Assembly (NCBI GenBank): GCA_002708995.1
Contig: PAPT01000032.1
Location: 100,039-164,038, forward strand
Direction: 5' to 3'
DNA: 64,000 bases
Source: Geminicoccus sp.
GTDB taxonomy: Bacteria; Pseudomonadota; Alphaproteobacteria; UBA7985
Positions 46,684 to 56,925 of this stretch are shown here, piece after piece (position 1 is the first letter of the stretch; each line of letters opens with the position of its first letter). The translations under genes and the position numbers were made by a program. The notes under the pieces are model-generated. The model was not told where the DNA came from and made no database searches. It saw only the letters and a program-made list of their open reading frames with translations.

Positions 46684-48014
46684 CGCAGCATCAGGACTAC
46701 GCCGCGCGCCTTCATGAAGCCGACGACACTGATCAACAGGCCGTGCATGCCCAGCCAGGGCACCAGCACCAGCACCAGAGCCGTCTGGACCACCAGCCCA
46801 GCAATCACCGAATCCCGCATGTCGCCAGCTCGGGTCGCGCCGAGAAAGATGCCGTCAAGCATGAAGGCTGCGGTCATATAGAACCCGCTGAAGTAAATGT
46901 AGGGCATGAGCTCCCGGCTCAGCGCCAGCACGTCGGGCAGTTTGGTGATGTAGGCCAGCGCCCCGCTCCCCGCCGTGGCGAAAATCACGGCCGCGATCAC
47001 CGACGACACCAGCGACCAGAATACCACCAGCCGGGTGGAGCGCAGCAGCCGGTCACGCCGCCCCGCACCCACGGCCTCGCCAGAGAAGGCTTCAGCAGCA
47101 ACGGCAAAGGCGTCCATGCCATAGACGATCAGGCCGAACATCTGCCAGAGCACGGCGAGAGTGTCGGTGCTGACACCGTCCAGCCCCCCACGCTGGTCCA
47201 GCCAGTCGGCGGCTTTGAACAGTACCAGAAAGGCCACGGCGATGGCGAGGCTGCGCAGGAAGAAATTGGTGTTGGTGGAGAACAGCTTGAGCCAGTCAGC
47301 CCGCTGCCAGATGCCGTCGAGCCCGGACCTGCCCGCGCGGCCGATGATGCCGAGGCGGAGCAGGATCAGCCCGCCCAGCGCGACGCCGGCATAGCTGGCG
47401 ATGACACTGCCCAGCGCCACCCCGGCCACGCCCATATCGAGCACCAGCACCAGCCACGCAGACACTGCGATGTTGGTCAGGTTGATGAAGGCCTGGAGCA
47501 ACAGCACCACTCCGGTCCGCTGGTGCCCGACCAGCCAGCCGAAGCAGACGAAGCTGAACAGGACCGCTGGGGCCGCCCAGATCCGGATGCCGAGATAGGT
47601 CTCCACCGAGGGCCGCAGGTCGGTCTGCCAGCCCATGACGCTATTCAGGCCGAACCAGAACAGGGGGGCCAGCAGCCACAGCAGCGCCCCGCCGACGCCG
47701 GCGATGATCAGGCCCCGCCACAGCACGGCGAACAGCCTTTGCTCATTCTGCTCACCGAAAGCTTGCGCGGTGTAGCCGCCGGTCGATAGGCGCAGGAAAC
47801 CGAGTGTCCAGAAGGTGAAGGTGAAAATCTGACTGGCGAGGGCGACCCCACCCTGCAGGCCGGCCGTTTCCAGCTGTCCCACGATGGCCACGTCGGCCAG
47901 CGACAGCAGCGGTTCGGTAATGCCGCTGAGGAAAGCCGGGAAGGCTACGGCGACGACCCGGCCGTGGGTGATGGGGCGCAGGGCCTTGGAAGACAGCGGC
48001 TGTTGTTGCGTCAT
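46620..48014 (-). CDS. MATE family efflux transporter
   Basis: 12 TMs with MATE duplicated halves. Start MTQQQPLSS at 48012-48014. The 3' end overlaps dusA by 64 nt, convergently. Confidence 0.8.
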   Translation of the reverse strand: MTQQQPLSSKALRPITHGRVVAVAFPAFLSGITEPLLSLADVAIVGQLETAGLQGGVALASQIFTFTFWTLGFLRLSTGGYTAQAFGEQNEQRLFAVLWRGLIIAGVGGALLWLLAPLFWFGLNSVMGWQTDLRPSVETYLGIRIWAAPAVLFSFVCFGWLVGHQRTGVVLLLQAFINLTNIAVSAWLVLVLDMGVAGVALGSVIASYAGVALGGLILLRLGIIGRAGRSGLDGIWQRADWLKLFSTNTNFFLRSLAIAVAFLVLFKAADWLDQRGGLDGVSTDTLAVLWQMFGLIVYGMDAFAVAAEAFSGEAVGAGRRDRLLRSTRLVVFWSLVSSVIAAVIFATAGSGALAYITKLPDVLALSRELMPYIYFSGFYMTAAFMLDGIFLGATRAGDMRDSVIAGLVVQTALVLVLVPWLGMHGLLISVVGFMKARGVVLMLRYPALVASVSERASPETKASA

Positions 48015-48439
48015 GGTCCCTCTGAGCGCCTGTCGACCCGCAAAGATCAGCACAGATCGGCGGGTGAATAGTCCTTCGACACCAGAATAAAGGTGTTCAC
48101 AAGCAGAGACTAACCCGCGCGGCTGGTTCTGGGCTACGACTCGAGTGCCTAAGGCCCTCAGACTCCGAAATTTCCTGCAACAATATAAAATTAGAAACAA
48201 ACGGCGCGGTGCACTTTTCAGGAGAAAGCCATGAAAAAAACACGCTTTAAGGACGCGATAAACGCATAATTGATGCCTCTATGCAACAGATATACCGGTT
48301 TTTGATTAAAACGGCGGTAACATGGGTCTTCGATTCTTGCTCGGGACTCGGGAAGACCTACCCTGATTCGCGAAAGTGAGCAGAGCAACTCAATTGCGTT
48401 GCTTTTCTAATGCGCTTTCAGCGTTTCCTCCCCCTCGAA

Positions 48440-48476
48440 GGGTCCGAGCCTTCAATGGTTTCGGGCCCTTTTTTCT
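48440..48476 (+). terminator. Putative plus-strand rho-independent terminator inside an AT-rich islet
   Basis: GGGUCCGA – 13-nt loop – UCGGGCCC followed by UUUUUUC. Confidence 0.4.
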
Positions 48477-48531
48477 GCCCGCTGCCGACAGGCTGCTCAA
48501 GGACCTGCGGCAAAGCCCGCAGCGGGATCGA

Positions 48532-49077
48532 TCACTCGCCCAGAGCCAGCGCCAGCTTAAACAGCACCGTGGGCGCCCATTTGCGGAACTTCCGACCGAT
48601 ATTGGTGAGAAAACCGACTTGCTTGAAGCCATAACCAAGGTGAAACCGCACCGATGGATTGTCTTCGATAGCGATGTCGGGATCGAGGCTGACGACGGCC
48701 AGCATGGTCTTCATGCCCAGCTCGCGACAGCGGTCGGTGACCGCGTCCATCAGCCGCCGGCCTAGCCCCACTCCCTGTGCATCCGGGTGGACGTAGATCG
48801 AGCTCTCCACGGAGAACCGGTAGGCCGTTCGCGGGCGGTAGGGGCTGGCGTAAGCATAGCCGATGATCCGGCCGGTCGCGGCATCTTCGGCAACGAGGTA
48901 GGGCAGGCCCTTGTCCAGCACAGCTTCGGCGCGGGCCTGCATCTCGGTGGGTGTCGGCGGCACTTCCTCGAAACTGATGAAGGTGTTCAGCACGAACGGC
49001 GCGTAGATCGCGGCGAGGGCGTCGGCGTCAGGTGCCGGGTTCACCGGGCGCAGGATCGGGGTCATGGTCGTCGGCAT
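48532..49077 (-). CDS. GNAT family N-acetyltransferase (phosphinothricin-acetyltransferase-like)
   Basis: GNAT motif A QGVGLGRRLM and PAT-like length and profile. Confidence 0.8.
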   Translation of the reverse strand: MPTTMTPILRPVNPAPDADALAAIYAPFVLNTFISFEEVPPTPTEMQARAEAVLDKGLPYLVAEDAATGRIIGYAYASPYRPRTAYRFSVESSIYVHPDAQGVGLGRRLMDAVTDRCRELGMKTMLAVVSLDPDIAIEDNPSVRFHLGYGFKQVGFLTNIGRKFRKWAPTVLFKLALALGE

Positions 49078-49163
49078 CCTCGTCGCACGGGTGATGATTT
49101 TTGCGCTCTGCGGTGTACTTTCTTACAACAGTCTCCGTCCACGTCAGAAACCAAAGAAGTCCC

Positions 49164-50249
49164 ATGGCCCAGGTACAAGCTGAAATCATTCTCCCCACGC
49201 AGGAACTCCGCGACGACATCCCCTTTTTCCAGAAGGTTCTGGGGATGCGCATGGATACCATTTTTCCCGCTGATGACCCGTCGGTGGCGGTGTTTTCCGG
49301 GCACGGCCTGCGGGTGCGGGTGGACAAGGACGCGACCACGCAGCCAGGCAAGATCCGAATTCTGGCCGAAGACCCCGAGACCTTTGCCGACGGCGCGACT
49401 AGCCTGACCGCGCCCAATGGCACCGAGATTGAAATTGCGCCGCTGAACCCGCCGCTGATCATGCCGGAGACCCAGCACAGCTTCATGGTGCGCCGGTTGG
49501 CGGATCAGGCGCCTTGGGTCATCGGGCGCGCGGGCATGCACTATCGCGATCTGATCCCCGACCGCCTTGGTGGCTCCATCATCGCCAGCCATATCCGCAT
49601 TCCCGATGGCGGACCGGTGCCGGATTCCGTGCACTACCACACCGTCGGATTCCAGCTAATCTTCTGCTACCGGGGCTGGGTCGATCTGATCTACGAGGAT
49701 CAGGGCGAGCCCTTCCGCCTGTTCGCCGGGAATTGCGTGATCCAGCCACCTGAAATCCGTCATCAGGTGCTTTACGCCAGCGATAATATCGAGGTGATCG
49801 AGATCGGCGTACCGGCCGAGCACGTCACCACGCTGGACCACAGCATGAAGCTGCCGACCCCGGACTTCCGCCCAGACCGGGAGTTTCAGGGCCAGCGCTT
49901 TGTGCATCACCGGGCCGAAGACGCGGCGTGGCAGGACTTCCGTATCCCCGGGTTCATCTCCCGCGACACCACCATCGCCGCCAACACCAAAAACGTCGCC
50001 GGGGTTGAGGTCGTGCGATCCAAGGGCACGCCGACACAGGCGACCCGGCATACCAGCGACATCCTGTTCACCTTCGTGATGGAAGGCGGGATGACGCTGC
50101 TGGGTGAGGACGGGGCTTCCCACCGGCTGTCGTCGGGTGACGCCTTCGTGGTGCCGCCGGACATGGTTACGACCTACAGTGAGCCGAGCGAAGACCTCGA
50201 ACTGCTCGAAGTTTCCCTGCCCGGTGCCTTCGAAACGCATCTTGCCTAG
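49164..50249 (+). CDS. Bicupin domain protein
   Basis: Two cupin-like halves (HYH…EIRH and HRLSSGDAFVVPP). Start MAQVQAEIILP. Confidence 0.5.
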   Translation: MAQVQAEIILPTQELRDDIPFFQKVLGMRMDTIFPADDPSVAVFSGHGLRVRVDKDATTQPGKIRILAEDPETFADGATSLTAPNGTEIEIAPLNPPLIMPETQHSFMVRRLADQAPWVIGRAGMHYRDLIPDRLGGSIIASHIRIPDGGPVPDSVHYHTVGFQLIFCYRGWVDLIYEDQGEPFRLFAGNCVIQPPEIRHQVLYASDNIEVIEIGVPAEHVTTLDHSMKLPTPDFRPDREFQGQRFVHHRAEDAAWQDFRIPGFISRDTTIAANTKNVAGVEVVRSKGTPTQATRHTSDILFTFVMEGGMTLLGEDGASHRLSSGDAFVVPPDMVTTYSEPSEDLELLEVSLPGAFETHLA

Positions 50250-50305
50250 CGCGGCCTGAGCCGTCAGGCTGGCGCGCATTTCAGCTTGAGGGAGGGCCTG
50301 CGGCG

Positions 50306-51439
50306 ATGAGCGACGTGACCCGCACAGACGTAATCGTGATTGGTGCCGGCATCGCCGGTGCTTCGGCGGCCGACGCGCTGGCGGCGGATTGCAAGGTGGT
50401 GCTGCTCGAACGCGAGCCCCAGCCCGGCTATCACACCACCGGGCGGTCGGCGGCGCTGTTCGCGCCGGTCTACGGGCCTGCGCCGATCCGGGCGCTGACC
50501 CGCGCTTCGGCAGCCTTCATGTCCAGCCCGCCCGAGGGCTTTGCCGACAGCCCGATCCTGTCGCCGCGCGGCGCGCTGTTCATCGCGCGGGAAGATCAGC
50601 TGCCCGCGATGCAGGAGCTGCACGACGAGCTGCGCGCCGAGGGCAATTTCGAAGAGCTCGACGAGGCTGGAATCCGTGGCCTGCAGCCGCTAGTCAGCGA
50701 GGGCTACGCCGCTGCCGGGCTCTATGACGTGAACTGCGAGGACATCGACGTCGCGACCTTGCATCAGGGGTTTTTGCGCCGCGCCCGCGCCCGGGGTTGC
50801 ACGACAGTGACCAACGCCGAAGTGCTGTCGCTCGAACAGCTCGGCGACGGCTGGGGGGTGCATACCACGGCGGGCCAGTTTGAAGCTCCGCGCGTAGTCA
50901 ACGCCGCCGGTGCCTGGGCCGATGCGTTGGGGCGGATGGCCGGGGTCGAGCCCATCGGGCTGATCCCCAAGCGTCGCACCGCCATGCAGATTGCCGCACC
51001 GGACGGGGCCGAGGTCGGCGGCTGGCCGATCGTGGTGGACGTGCAGGAGGAGTTCTACGTCAAACCCGTCGCCGGGCAGCTGCTGCTGTCGCCGGCCAAC
51101 GAAGACCACGACGTTCCCAGCGACGTTCAGCCCGACGAACTCGACATCGCCATCTGCGTCGACAGGGTCGAGCGCGCCTTCGACTTCCGCGTCGGCCGGA
51201 TTGAGACCCGCTGGGCGGGGCTGCGCAGCTTCGTCGCGGATAAATGCCCGGTCGCAGGCTATTCGGCCGAGGTGCCGGGCTTTTTCTGGCTCGCAGGGCA
51301 GGGGGGCTACGGCATCCAGACTTCCCCCGCGCTGGGGGAGCTGGCCGCGGCCTTGGTGCTGGGCAAGCCGCTGCCGCAGGCCATGGTCGATGAGGGGGTG
51401 GATCTGGCGACCCTTGCGCCGGAACGTCTCTCAGCCTGA
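50306..51439 (+). CDS. FAD-dependent oxidoreductase (DAO family)
   Basis: N-terminal Rossmann motif DVIVIGAGIAGASAA. Confidence 0.8.
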   Translation: MSDVTRTDVIVIGAGIAGASAADALAADCKVVLLEREPQPGYHTTGRSAALFAPVYGPAPIRALTRASAAFMSSPPEGFADSPILSPRGALFIAREDQLPAMQELHDELRAEGNFEELDEAGIRGLQPLVSEGYAAAGLYDVNCEDIDVATLHQGFLRRARARGCTTVTNAEVLSLEQLGDGWGVHTTAGQFEAPRVVNAAGAWADALGRMAGVEPIGLIPKRRTAMQIAAPDGAEVGGWPIVVDVQEEFYVKPVAGQLLLSPANEDHDVPSDVQPDELDIAICVDRVERAFDFRVGRIETRWAGLRSFVADKCPVAGYSAEVPGFFWLAGQGGYGIQTSPALGELAAALVLGKPLPQAMVDEGVDLATLAPERLSA

Positions 51440-51445
51440 CCCCGA

Positions 51446-52417
51446 TCAGGCAAGGCTGTCCTCGCCCTCAAACAGGCTGGGGTCGCGCAGCACCGCCGGG
51501 TCCAGCGCCCCGAGCCGCTCGATCAGCGACAGCACCATGGCAGCGACATCAGCGTGATTGGCGGTCGGCTTTAGCGACTTATCGAGATAGAGGTCGCGGG
51601 AGAGTTCAACCTGCAGCGCATGCACCCCGGCCTTGGGATCGCCGTGGTGCTGGATGATGTATCCCCCGGCGTAGGGCCGGTTCCACTCCACGATCAGCCC
51701 CGAATTCCAGAGCCTGTGCAGCACCGACAGCATCACCGGCTTGGCGCAGCTGGTGCCGAAGCGGTCGCCGAGCACGGCATCGACCGCGCCGGTGGAAAGC
51801 CCCTGTCCCTCGCCCGGGACGTGGCGTAGGCGGAAGGGGTTGCGGTCCCGCCGCAGGCCCCGGGTCGCAGAGGGCGACAGGCTGGGCATCGAATGGCAGT
51901 CGACGAGGATGGCGTGGCCGAACTGCGCGCAGGTCAGCCGCAGTTGCTCGGCCAAGGCTTCGTGGTATGCGCAATGGACCCTGTCCAGCCGCTGCCGGAC
52001 AGAGGCAGCCGACAGTCGCTGGTCGCCATAGATGCTCTGCTTGCCGCCTATCAGTGTCGGCACCACGCCCAGCCCGGCCAGCACGCGCGGTGAGCGGTTT
52101 CGGTGGGGTGGCAGGTCGGTGCCTTCGTCGAACAGGTCGGGGTCGAGCTCGTCCCGGTCGCGGTTCACGTCGCAGTAGGCGCGGCTGTAGCCGCAGACGA
52201 TCAGCGGCACGGACAGCGCTGCGGCCGCAGGCTTGACCAGGTCCAGCACTCCGAAATCTGTCGCCTGCAACAGCACATCGTCGTCGAGCGCGCTGGCCCG
52301 CCGCAGGTCCTCGGGCAGAAAGGTGCCTGCGTGCGGGCAGGACAGCACCACAGGCAGTGATGGCTGTTTGGGCCGGACGACAGACACGGGCGGCGGCGAT
52401 GACATGGCTGTCACCAT
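51446..52417 (-). CDS. N-formylglutamate amidohydrolase family protein (second copy); start uncertain between 52405 and 52456
   Basis: VVLSCPHAGT near the N-terminus and the FGase fold pattern. Confidence 0.6.
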   Translation of the reverse strand: MVTAMSSPPPVSVVRPKQPSLPVVLSCPHAGTFLPEDLRRASALDDDVLLQATDFGVLDLVKPAAAALSVPLIVCGYSRAYCDVNRDRDELDPDLFDEGTDLPPHRNRSPRVLAGLGVVPTLIGGKQSIYGDQRLSAASVRQRLDRVHCAYHEALAEQLRLTCAQFGHAILVDCHSMPSLSPSATRGLRRDRNPFRLRHVPGEGQGLSTGAVDAVLGDRFGTSCAKPVMLSVLHRLWNSGLIVEWNRPYAGGYIIQHHGDPKAGVHALQVELSRDLYLDKSLKPTANHADVAAMVLSLIERLGALDPAVLRDPSLFEGEDSLA

Positions 52418-52534
52418 AAGCGTGCGACGAAAAACAGGAAGCCGGAAAAAACCCATACCAAGGGATTGCCAAGCTCAAGGCTTGGGGCTAAGCCCCTGGT
52501 TCTGGCGACGGCCCCGGCGGTCCGAGCCTAGGTT

Positions 52535-52609
52535 GGGCGGTTAGCTCAGCGGTAGAGCACCACGTTGACATCGTGGTGGCCACTGGTTCGATCCCAGTAC
52601 CGCCCACCA
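52535..52609 (+). tRNA. tRNA-Val (anticodon GAC)
   Basis: Cloverleaf read by hand: acceptor stem GGGCGGT/ACCGCCC, anticodon loop TTGACAT, T-arm GGTTCGATCC, encoded CCA. Confidence 0.9.
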
Positions 52610-52675
52610 TTTCCCTTTGACATCCCCGGACAGTGCTTCAAACCTCAGGGCTTCAACGTGCAGGGGGATTGCGCT

Positions 52676-54016
52676 GTGTCACGTCTCTGGATCCGGACTC
52701 CGCTGGCCGTCTTCGCCGAGCAGCCCGCTGATGGTGGCATTGTGGTCGAGGGCGGTCGGATCGCCGAGCTGGTGCCAATGGGTGAGATTCCGGTTCATGA
52801 TCAGGTCTATGATGCCAGCGAGCAGGTGCTGATCCCCGGCCTGATCAACACCCACCATCATATGTATCAGACCCTGACGCGGGCGTTGCCCAGCGCGGTG
52901 GACAAGGAGTTGTTCGACTGGCTCAAGGCGCTTTACCCCGTCTGGGCCGGGCTGAGCCCCGATATGGTTTCGGCCAGCAGCGAGCTGGCCATGGCGGAAC
53001 TGCTCCTGTCGGGCTGCACCACGACCACAGATCACCACTACGTGTTTCCGGCCGGGCACGAGGATGCCATCGACCGGCAGGTGGCCGCAGCACAGGCGCT
53101 GGGGATCCGTGTGGTCCTGACCCGGGGGTCGATGAGCCTGTCGGTCGAGGACGGTGGGCTGCCGCCCAAGTCGGTGGTGCAGGACGAGGACAGCATCCTC
53201 GCCGACAGCGCCCGGCTGATCGACCGCTTCCACGACCCCGACCCGCTTGCCATGACACAGATTGCCCTCGCGCCGTGCTCGCCGTTTTCGGTGACCCGGG
53301 GGCTGATGCAGGCTTCGGCCGAACTGGCGCGGGCGCGGGGCGTGCTGCTGCATACGCACCTCTCTGAGACCGAAGACGAGAATGCCTTTTGCGAAGCGAC
53401 CTTCGGCTGCCGTCCGCTGGATTATGTCGAGGACTGCGGCTGGCTGGAGACCAAGGCCTGGTACGCTCATGGCGTGCACTTCAACGCCGATGAGCGCGAC
53501 CGACTGGCGCGCGCCGGGGCAGGGGTCGCGTCCTGCAGCCATTCCAATATGCATCTGGCCAGCGGGATCTGCTCGGCCTGCGAGCTGGAGACCGCCGGTG
53601 TCGGTGTTGGGCTGGGCGTCGATGGTTCGGCCTCCAACGATGCGTCGAACATGATGCAGGAGGTGCGCGCGGCCTGGCTGCTACAGCGGCTGAAGTACGG
53701 TTCAGCGGCGGTGTCGTGGCGCGATGCACTGCGCTGGGGAACGGCCGGGTCGGCGGCGCTGCTTGGCCGCGATGCGCTGGGCCGGATTGCACCGGGCATG
53801 GCGGCGGACCTCGCGCTGTTCCGGCTGGATGAGCCGCGTTTCAGCGGGGCCGGAGATCCGCTGGCGGCACTGGTGGTCTGTGGCGCGCACCGGGCCGAGG
53901 CGGTCATGGTTGCCGGCGAATGGCGGGTGAAAGCGGGCGCGCTGGTGGGCGCTAATCTGGACGGCATCATGGCGCGCCACCGGGGGGCTGCATCGGCGCT
54001 GCAGTCTGGTCTCTGA
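52676..54016 (+). CDS. 8-oxoguanine deaminase (amidohydrolase superfamily), GTG start
   Basis: N-terminus (M)SRLWIRTPLAVF…GGIVVEGGRIAELV…IPGLINTHHHMYQTLTRA matches the 8-oxoguanine deaminase/SsnA group. The track start at 52565 lies inside the tRNA gene and is rejected. Confidence 0.8.
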   Translation: MSRLWIRTPLAVFAEQPADGGIVVEGGRIAELVPMGEIPVHDQVYDASEQVLIPGLINTHHHMYQTLTRALPSAVDKELFDWLKALYPVWAGLSPDMVSASSELAMAELLLSGCTTTTDHHYVFPAGHEDAIDRQVAAAQALGIRVVLTRGSMSLSVEDGGLPPKSVVQDEDSILADSARLIDRFHDPDPLAMTQIALAPCSPFSVTRGLMQASAELARARGVLLHTHLSETEDENAFCEATFGCRPLDYVEDCGWLETKAWYAHGVHFNADERDRLARAGAGVASCSHSNMHLASGICSACELETAGVGVGLGVDGSASNDASNMMQEVRAAWLLQRLKYGSAAVSWRDALRWGTAGSAALLGRDALGRIAPGMAADLALFRLDEPRFSGAGDPLAALVVCGAHRAEAVMVAGEWRVKAGALVGANLDGIMARHRGAASALQSGL

Positions 54017-54341
54017 GGCGTCTCGCTCCCGGGGGCTCGTGGTGATCCTGCACTGAATTTATGCTGACTCACCAACGCCTCGACGCTGATCTCTTCAAAT
54101 GCGGGGTGCGCTCTGGCTGATCGATCTGCGGTCATTGATGGCCAGTGGTCTAGGGTCGTTGCGCTTCAGCACGAAACTGTGGCGCAAACGGACAAACGAT
54201 AATGAGACCTAAGTTGCACGTTTGCGTCGACAATTTGCTTTCGATGCCCTATTTGAACGCCTTGCTTTTGTGCAGGCTCGTGACGGGCGCTGCGGATGCA
54301 GGGCAAGGCGTCACAACTCACTCTGGCCGACAAGACGGATT

Positions 54342-55118
54342 ATGAACACAACGCCGACGTTGCAAGTAGAGAACCTCGTTAAGACCTACGGGGGTGTCCA
54401 GGCGGTCCGGGGGGTCAGTTTTGACGTCATGCCGCAGACCATTGTCGGCCTGATCGGGCCCAACGGTGCGGGCAAGACCACGACCTTCAACATGATCGCA
54501 GGCGCGGAGACGCCGACCGAGGGCCGTGTCTGGTTCGACGGCACGGAAATCACCGGCAAGCCCACCGACCAGCTCTACGATCGCGGCATCGTCCGCACGT
54601 TCCAGCTCAGTCACGAGTACGGAAAGATGACCGCGCTGGAGAACCTGATGGTCGCCGGGGCCAACCAGCCGGGCGAGAACATCTTCATGAACTGGATTGC
54701 TCCCGGTGCTGTGCGCAGGCGTGAGCGCGACGTCCATGAGCGCGCCGAAGATACGCTGGCGTTTCTGGGCCTGACCCACGTGACCAACGAGTTGGCCGGC
54801 AACCTGTCCGGCGGGCAGAAGAAGCTGCTGGAGCTGGGCCGGACGATGATGACCGACGCCAAACTGGTGTTGCTCGACGAGCCCGGGGCCGGGGTGAACC
54901 CGACCCTGATGCTCAAGGTCATCGACATGATCCGGCGCCTGAATGAAGAGCGCGGATACACATTTTGCATCATTGAACACGACATGGATCTGATCGCCGA
55001 TCTCTGCGACACGGTGGTGGTGCTGGCTGAAGGCCAGGTGCTGACCCGCGGCCCCATGTCCGACGTGCGCACTGACGAGCGTGTGATCGATGCTTATTTC
55101 GGCGGAGACGTGGTTTGA
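54342..55118 (+). CDS. livG: Branched-chain-amino-acid-type ABC transporter ATP-binding protein (LivG-like)
   Basis: Walker A GPNGAGKTT, signature LSGGQKKLLELGR. Confidence 0.85.
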   Translation: MNTTPTLQVENLVKTYGGVQAVRGVSFDVMPQTIVGLIGPNGAGKTTTFNMIAGAETPTEGRVWFDGTEITGKPTDQLYDRGIVRTFQLSHEYGKMTALENLMVAGANQPGENIFMNWIAPGAVRRRERDVHERAEDTLAFLGLTHVTNELAGNLSGGQKKLLELGRTMMTDAKLVLLDEPGAGVNPTLMLKVIDMIRRLNEERGYTFCIIEHDMDLIADLCDTVVVLAEGQVLTRGPMSDVRTDERVIDAYFGGDVV

Positions 55119-55169
55119 CCCAAGATTTGTATCGGACACCACTGCGCTTCGATGGGAGGTCGCCGCAGC

Positions 55170-55892
55170 ATGGCTGAAGCCAAGAAAGTACTGGAACTGA
55201 GCGACATTCATGCGGGCTATGGAGACACCGACATTCTCCACGGCATCAACATGCACGTCTGCGACGACGAGGTCGTGGTGGTCATTGGTCCCAACGGCGC
55301 GGGTAAGTCCACGGCCGTGAAGGCGATTCTGGGCCTTCTCAACATCCGCAAGGGCGACGTGCTGCTCAACGAGCAGGTGATTACCGGCACCCCACCGGAG
55401 AAGGTGATCAACCAGCGCGTCAGCTACGTGCCCCAGACCCACAACGTGTTCGTGAGCCTGACGGTTCAGGAAAACCTCGAAATGGGGGCCTGGACCGTGC
55501 CCGAGGGCATGAACGACCGCATCGAACGCATGTACGAGATGTTCCCCGATCTGGCGGAAAAGCGGCGGCAGGCCGCGGGTTCGCTGTCGGGCGGTCAGCG
55601 GCAAATGGTAGCCATGGCCAAGGCGCTGATGGTTGACCCGGAAGTACTGCTGCTCGATGAACCGACGGCGGGCCTTTCACCGCTGTATCGCTCGGTGATT
55701 TTTTCGGCTGTGCAGTCGATCAAGGACAACGGCGTGCCGGTGCTGATGGTCGAGCAGAATGCCAAGCAGGCGCTCGGCGTTGCCGATCGCGGCTACGTCC
55801 TCGTTGACGGCAGCAATCGCCACACCGGCACGGGCCAGGAGCTCCGCGAAGACCCCGAGGTCGCGCGCATGTTCCTCGGCGCCCGGGATTAG
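55170..55892 (+). CDS. livF: ABC transporter ATP-binding protein (LivF-like)
   Basis: GPNGAGKST and LSGGQRQMVAMAKA motifs. Confidence 0.85.
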   Translation: MAEAKKVLELSDIHAGYGDTDILHGINMHVCDDEVVVVIGPNGAGKSTAVKAILGLLNIRKGDVLLNEQVITGTPPEKVINQRVSYVPQTHNVFVSLTVQENLEMGAWTVPEGMNDRIERMYEMFPDLAEKRRQAAGSLSGGQRQMVAMAKALMVDPEVLLLDEPTAGLSPLYRSVIFSAVQSIKDNGVPVLMVEQNAKQALGVADRGYVLVDGSNRHTGTGQELREDPEVARMFLGARD

Positions 55893-55908
55893 GGGGAGGA
55901 TCGCGACC

Positions 55909-56925
55909 ATGTGGGACGCCTTTGGCTTCGAGTTCATCAACTTCTACCTGATCCCCGGGCTGGTGCTTGGCTGCATCTACGCGCTGGGCGCGATCGGGAT
56001 CACCCTGACCTTCGGCATCCTGCGCTTCGCCAACTTCGCCCACGGTGAGGTGATGATGAGCAGTGCCTATCTGACCTACACCTTCATGGCGCTGGCCGCC
56101 GGGCTGGGGTTCAGCGTGGTGCCGCTGGTCGCGGCCATCCCCGCGGCGGTGTTGACCATCGGGATCGCCCTGGTGATCGACCGGTTCTTCTATCGACCGT
56201 TCCGCAAGAGCGAGACGATCATCATCGTCATGGCCAGCTTTGGCATGATGCTGATGGTGCGCGCGCTGGTGCCGGTTATCTGGGGCCCGAACCAGATCAC
56301 CTTCGTCCGGGGCATCACCCCGATGAAACCCTATCTGGACGGCATGCTGCTGGTGCAGGACAAGCAGTGGCTGATCGTTATGGGGACGATCGTGGTCATG
56401 ACCGTGTTCAGCCTGATCATGAACTACACCCGCATCGGCAAGGCCATGCGCGCGGTTTCCGACAGCCCGGATCTGGCGCGGGTGACGGGCATCAACGTTG
56501 AGACGGTGATTCGTGCAACCTGGATCATCGGTGGTTTCTGTGCTGCCGTGGCCGGGGTGTTCCTGGCCATGAACACCCAGCAGCTTTCCGTGACCATGGG
56601 CTTCCGCATGCTGCTGCCCATGTTTGCTGCCGCGATCCTTGGCGGGATCGGCCGGCCCGTGGGCGCCATCGTGGGCGGCATGGTCATCGGCCTCGCGGAG
56701 GAGCTGATCGCCTACCCCTGGCAGGGTGCGGTCATGCAGGTGGTCTGGTGGTTCTCCGAGGTTATCAATGCAACCGGCATGACCGAGTGGGCTAAGGCCG
56801 TGCACAAGGAAGTGCGCAGCACGCCGCTACTCAGCCCCGGCTACAAGGCCGGTGTTGCTTTCGGGATCATGGTGATCATGCTGATCGTCCGTCCGGCCGG
56901 GCTGTTCAAAGGGAGGGTGTTCTAG
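55909..56925 (+). CDS. livH: ABC transporter permease (LivH-like)
   Basis: Start MWDAFGFEFINFYLIPGL; LivH-family TM pattern. Confidence 0.8.
   Translation: MWDAFGFEFINFYLIPGLVLGCIYALGAIGITLTFGILRFANFAHGEVMMSSAYLTYTFMALAAGLGFSVVPLVAAIPAAVLTIGIALVIDRFFYRPFRKSETIIIVMASFGMMLMVRALVPVIWGPNQITFVRGITPMKPYLDGMLLVQDKQWLIVMGTIVVMTVFSLIMNYTRIGKAMRAVSDSPDLARVTGINVETVIRATWIIGGFCAAVAGVFLAMNTQQLSVTMGFRMLLPMFAAAILGGIGRPVGAIVGGMVIGLAEELIAYPWQGAVMQVVWWFSEVINATGMTEWAKAVHKEVRSTPLLSPGYKAGVAFGIMVIMLIVRPAGLFKGRVF

Noticed and set aside
46482-47789. 435-aa plus-strand ORF
   Set aside because: Antisense to the MATE transporter. His/Gln/Pro-rich.
52565-52675. N-terminal extension of the amidohydrolase ORF as given in the track
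   Set aside because: It would overlap the tRNA-Val gene. The family-typical N-terminus (SRLWIRTPLAVF) begins at GTG 52676.
52457-52700. Integrase or attachment-site direct repeat at tRNA-Val
   Set aside because: No integrase ORF and no obvious duplication of the tRNA 3' end found downstream. Island status remains inference only.
54318-56805. Long minus-strand ORFs 54318..55604 and 55720..56805
   Set aside because: Antisense to livG/livF/livH, which have Walker and permease motifs.
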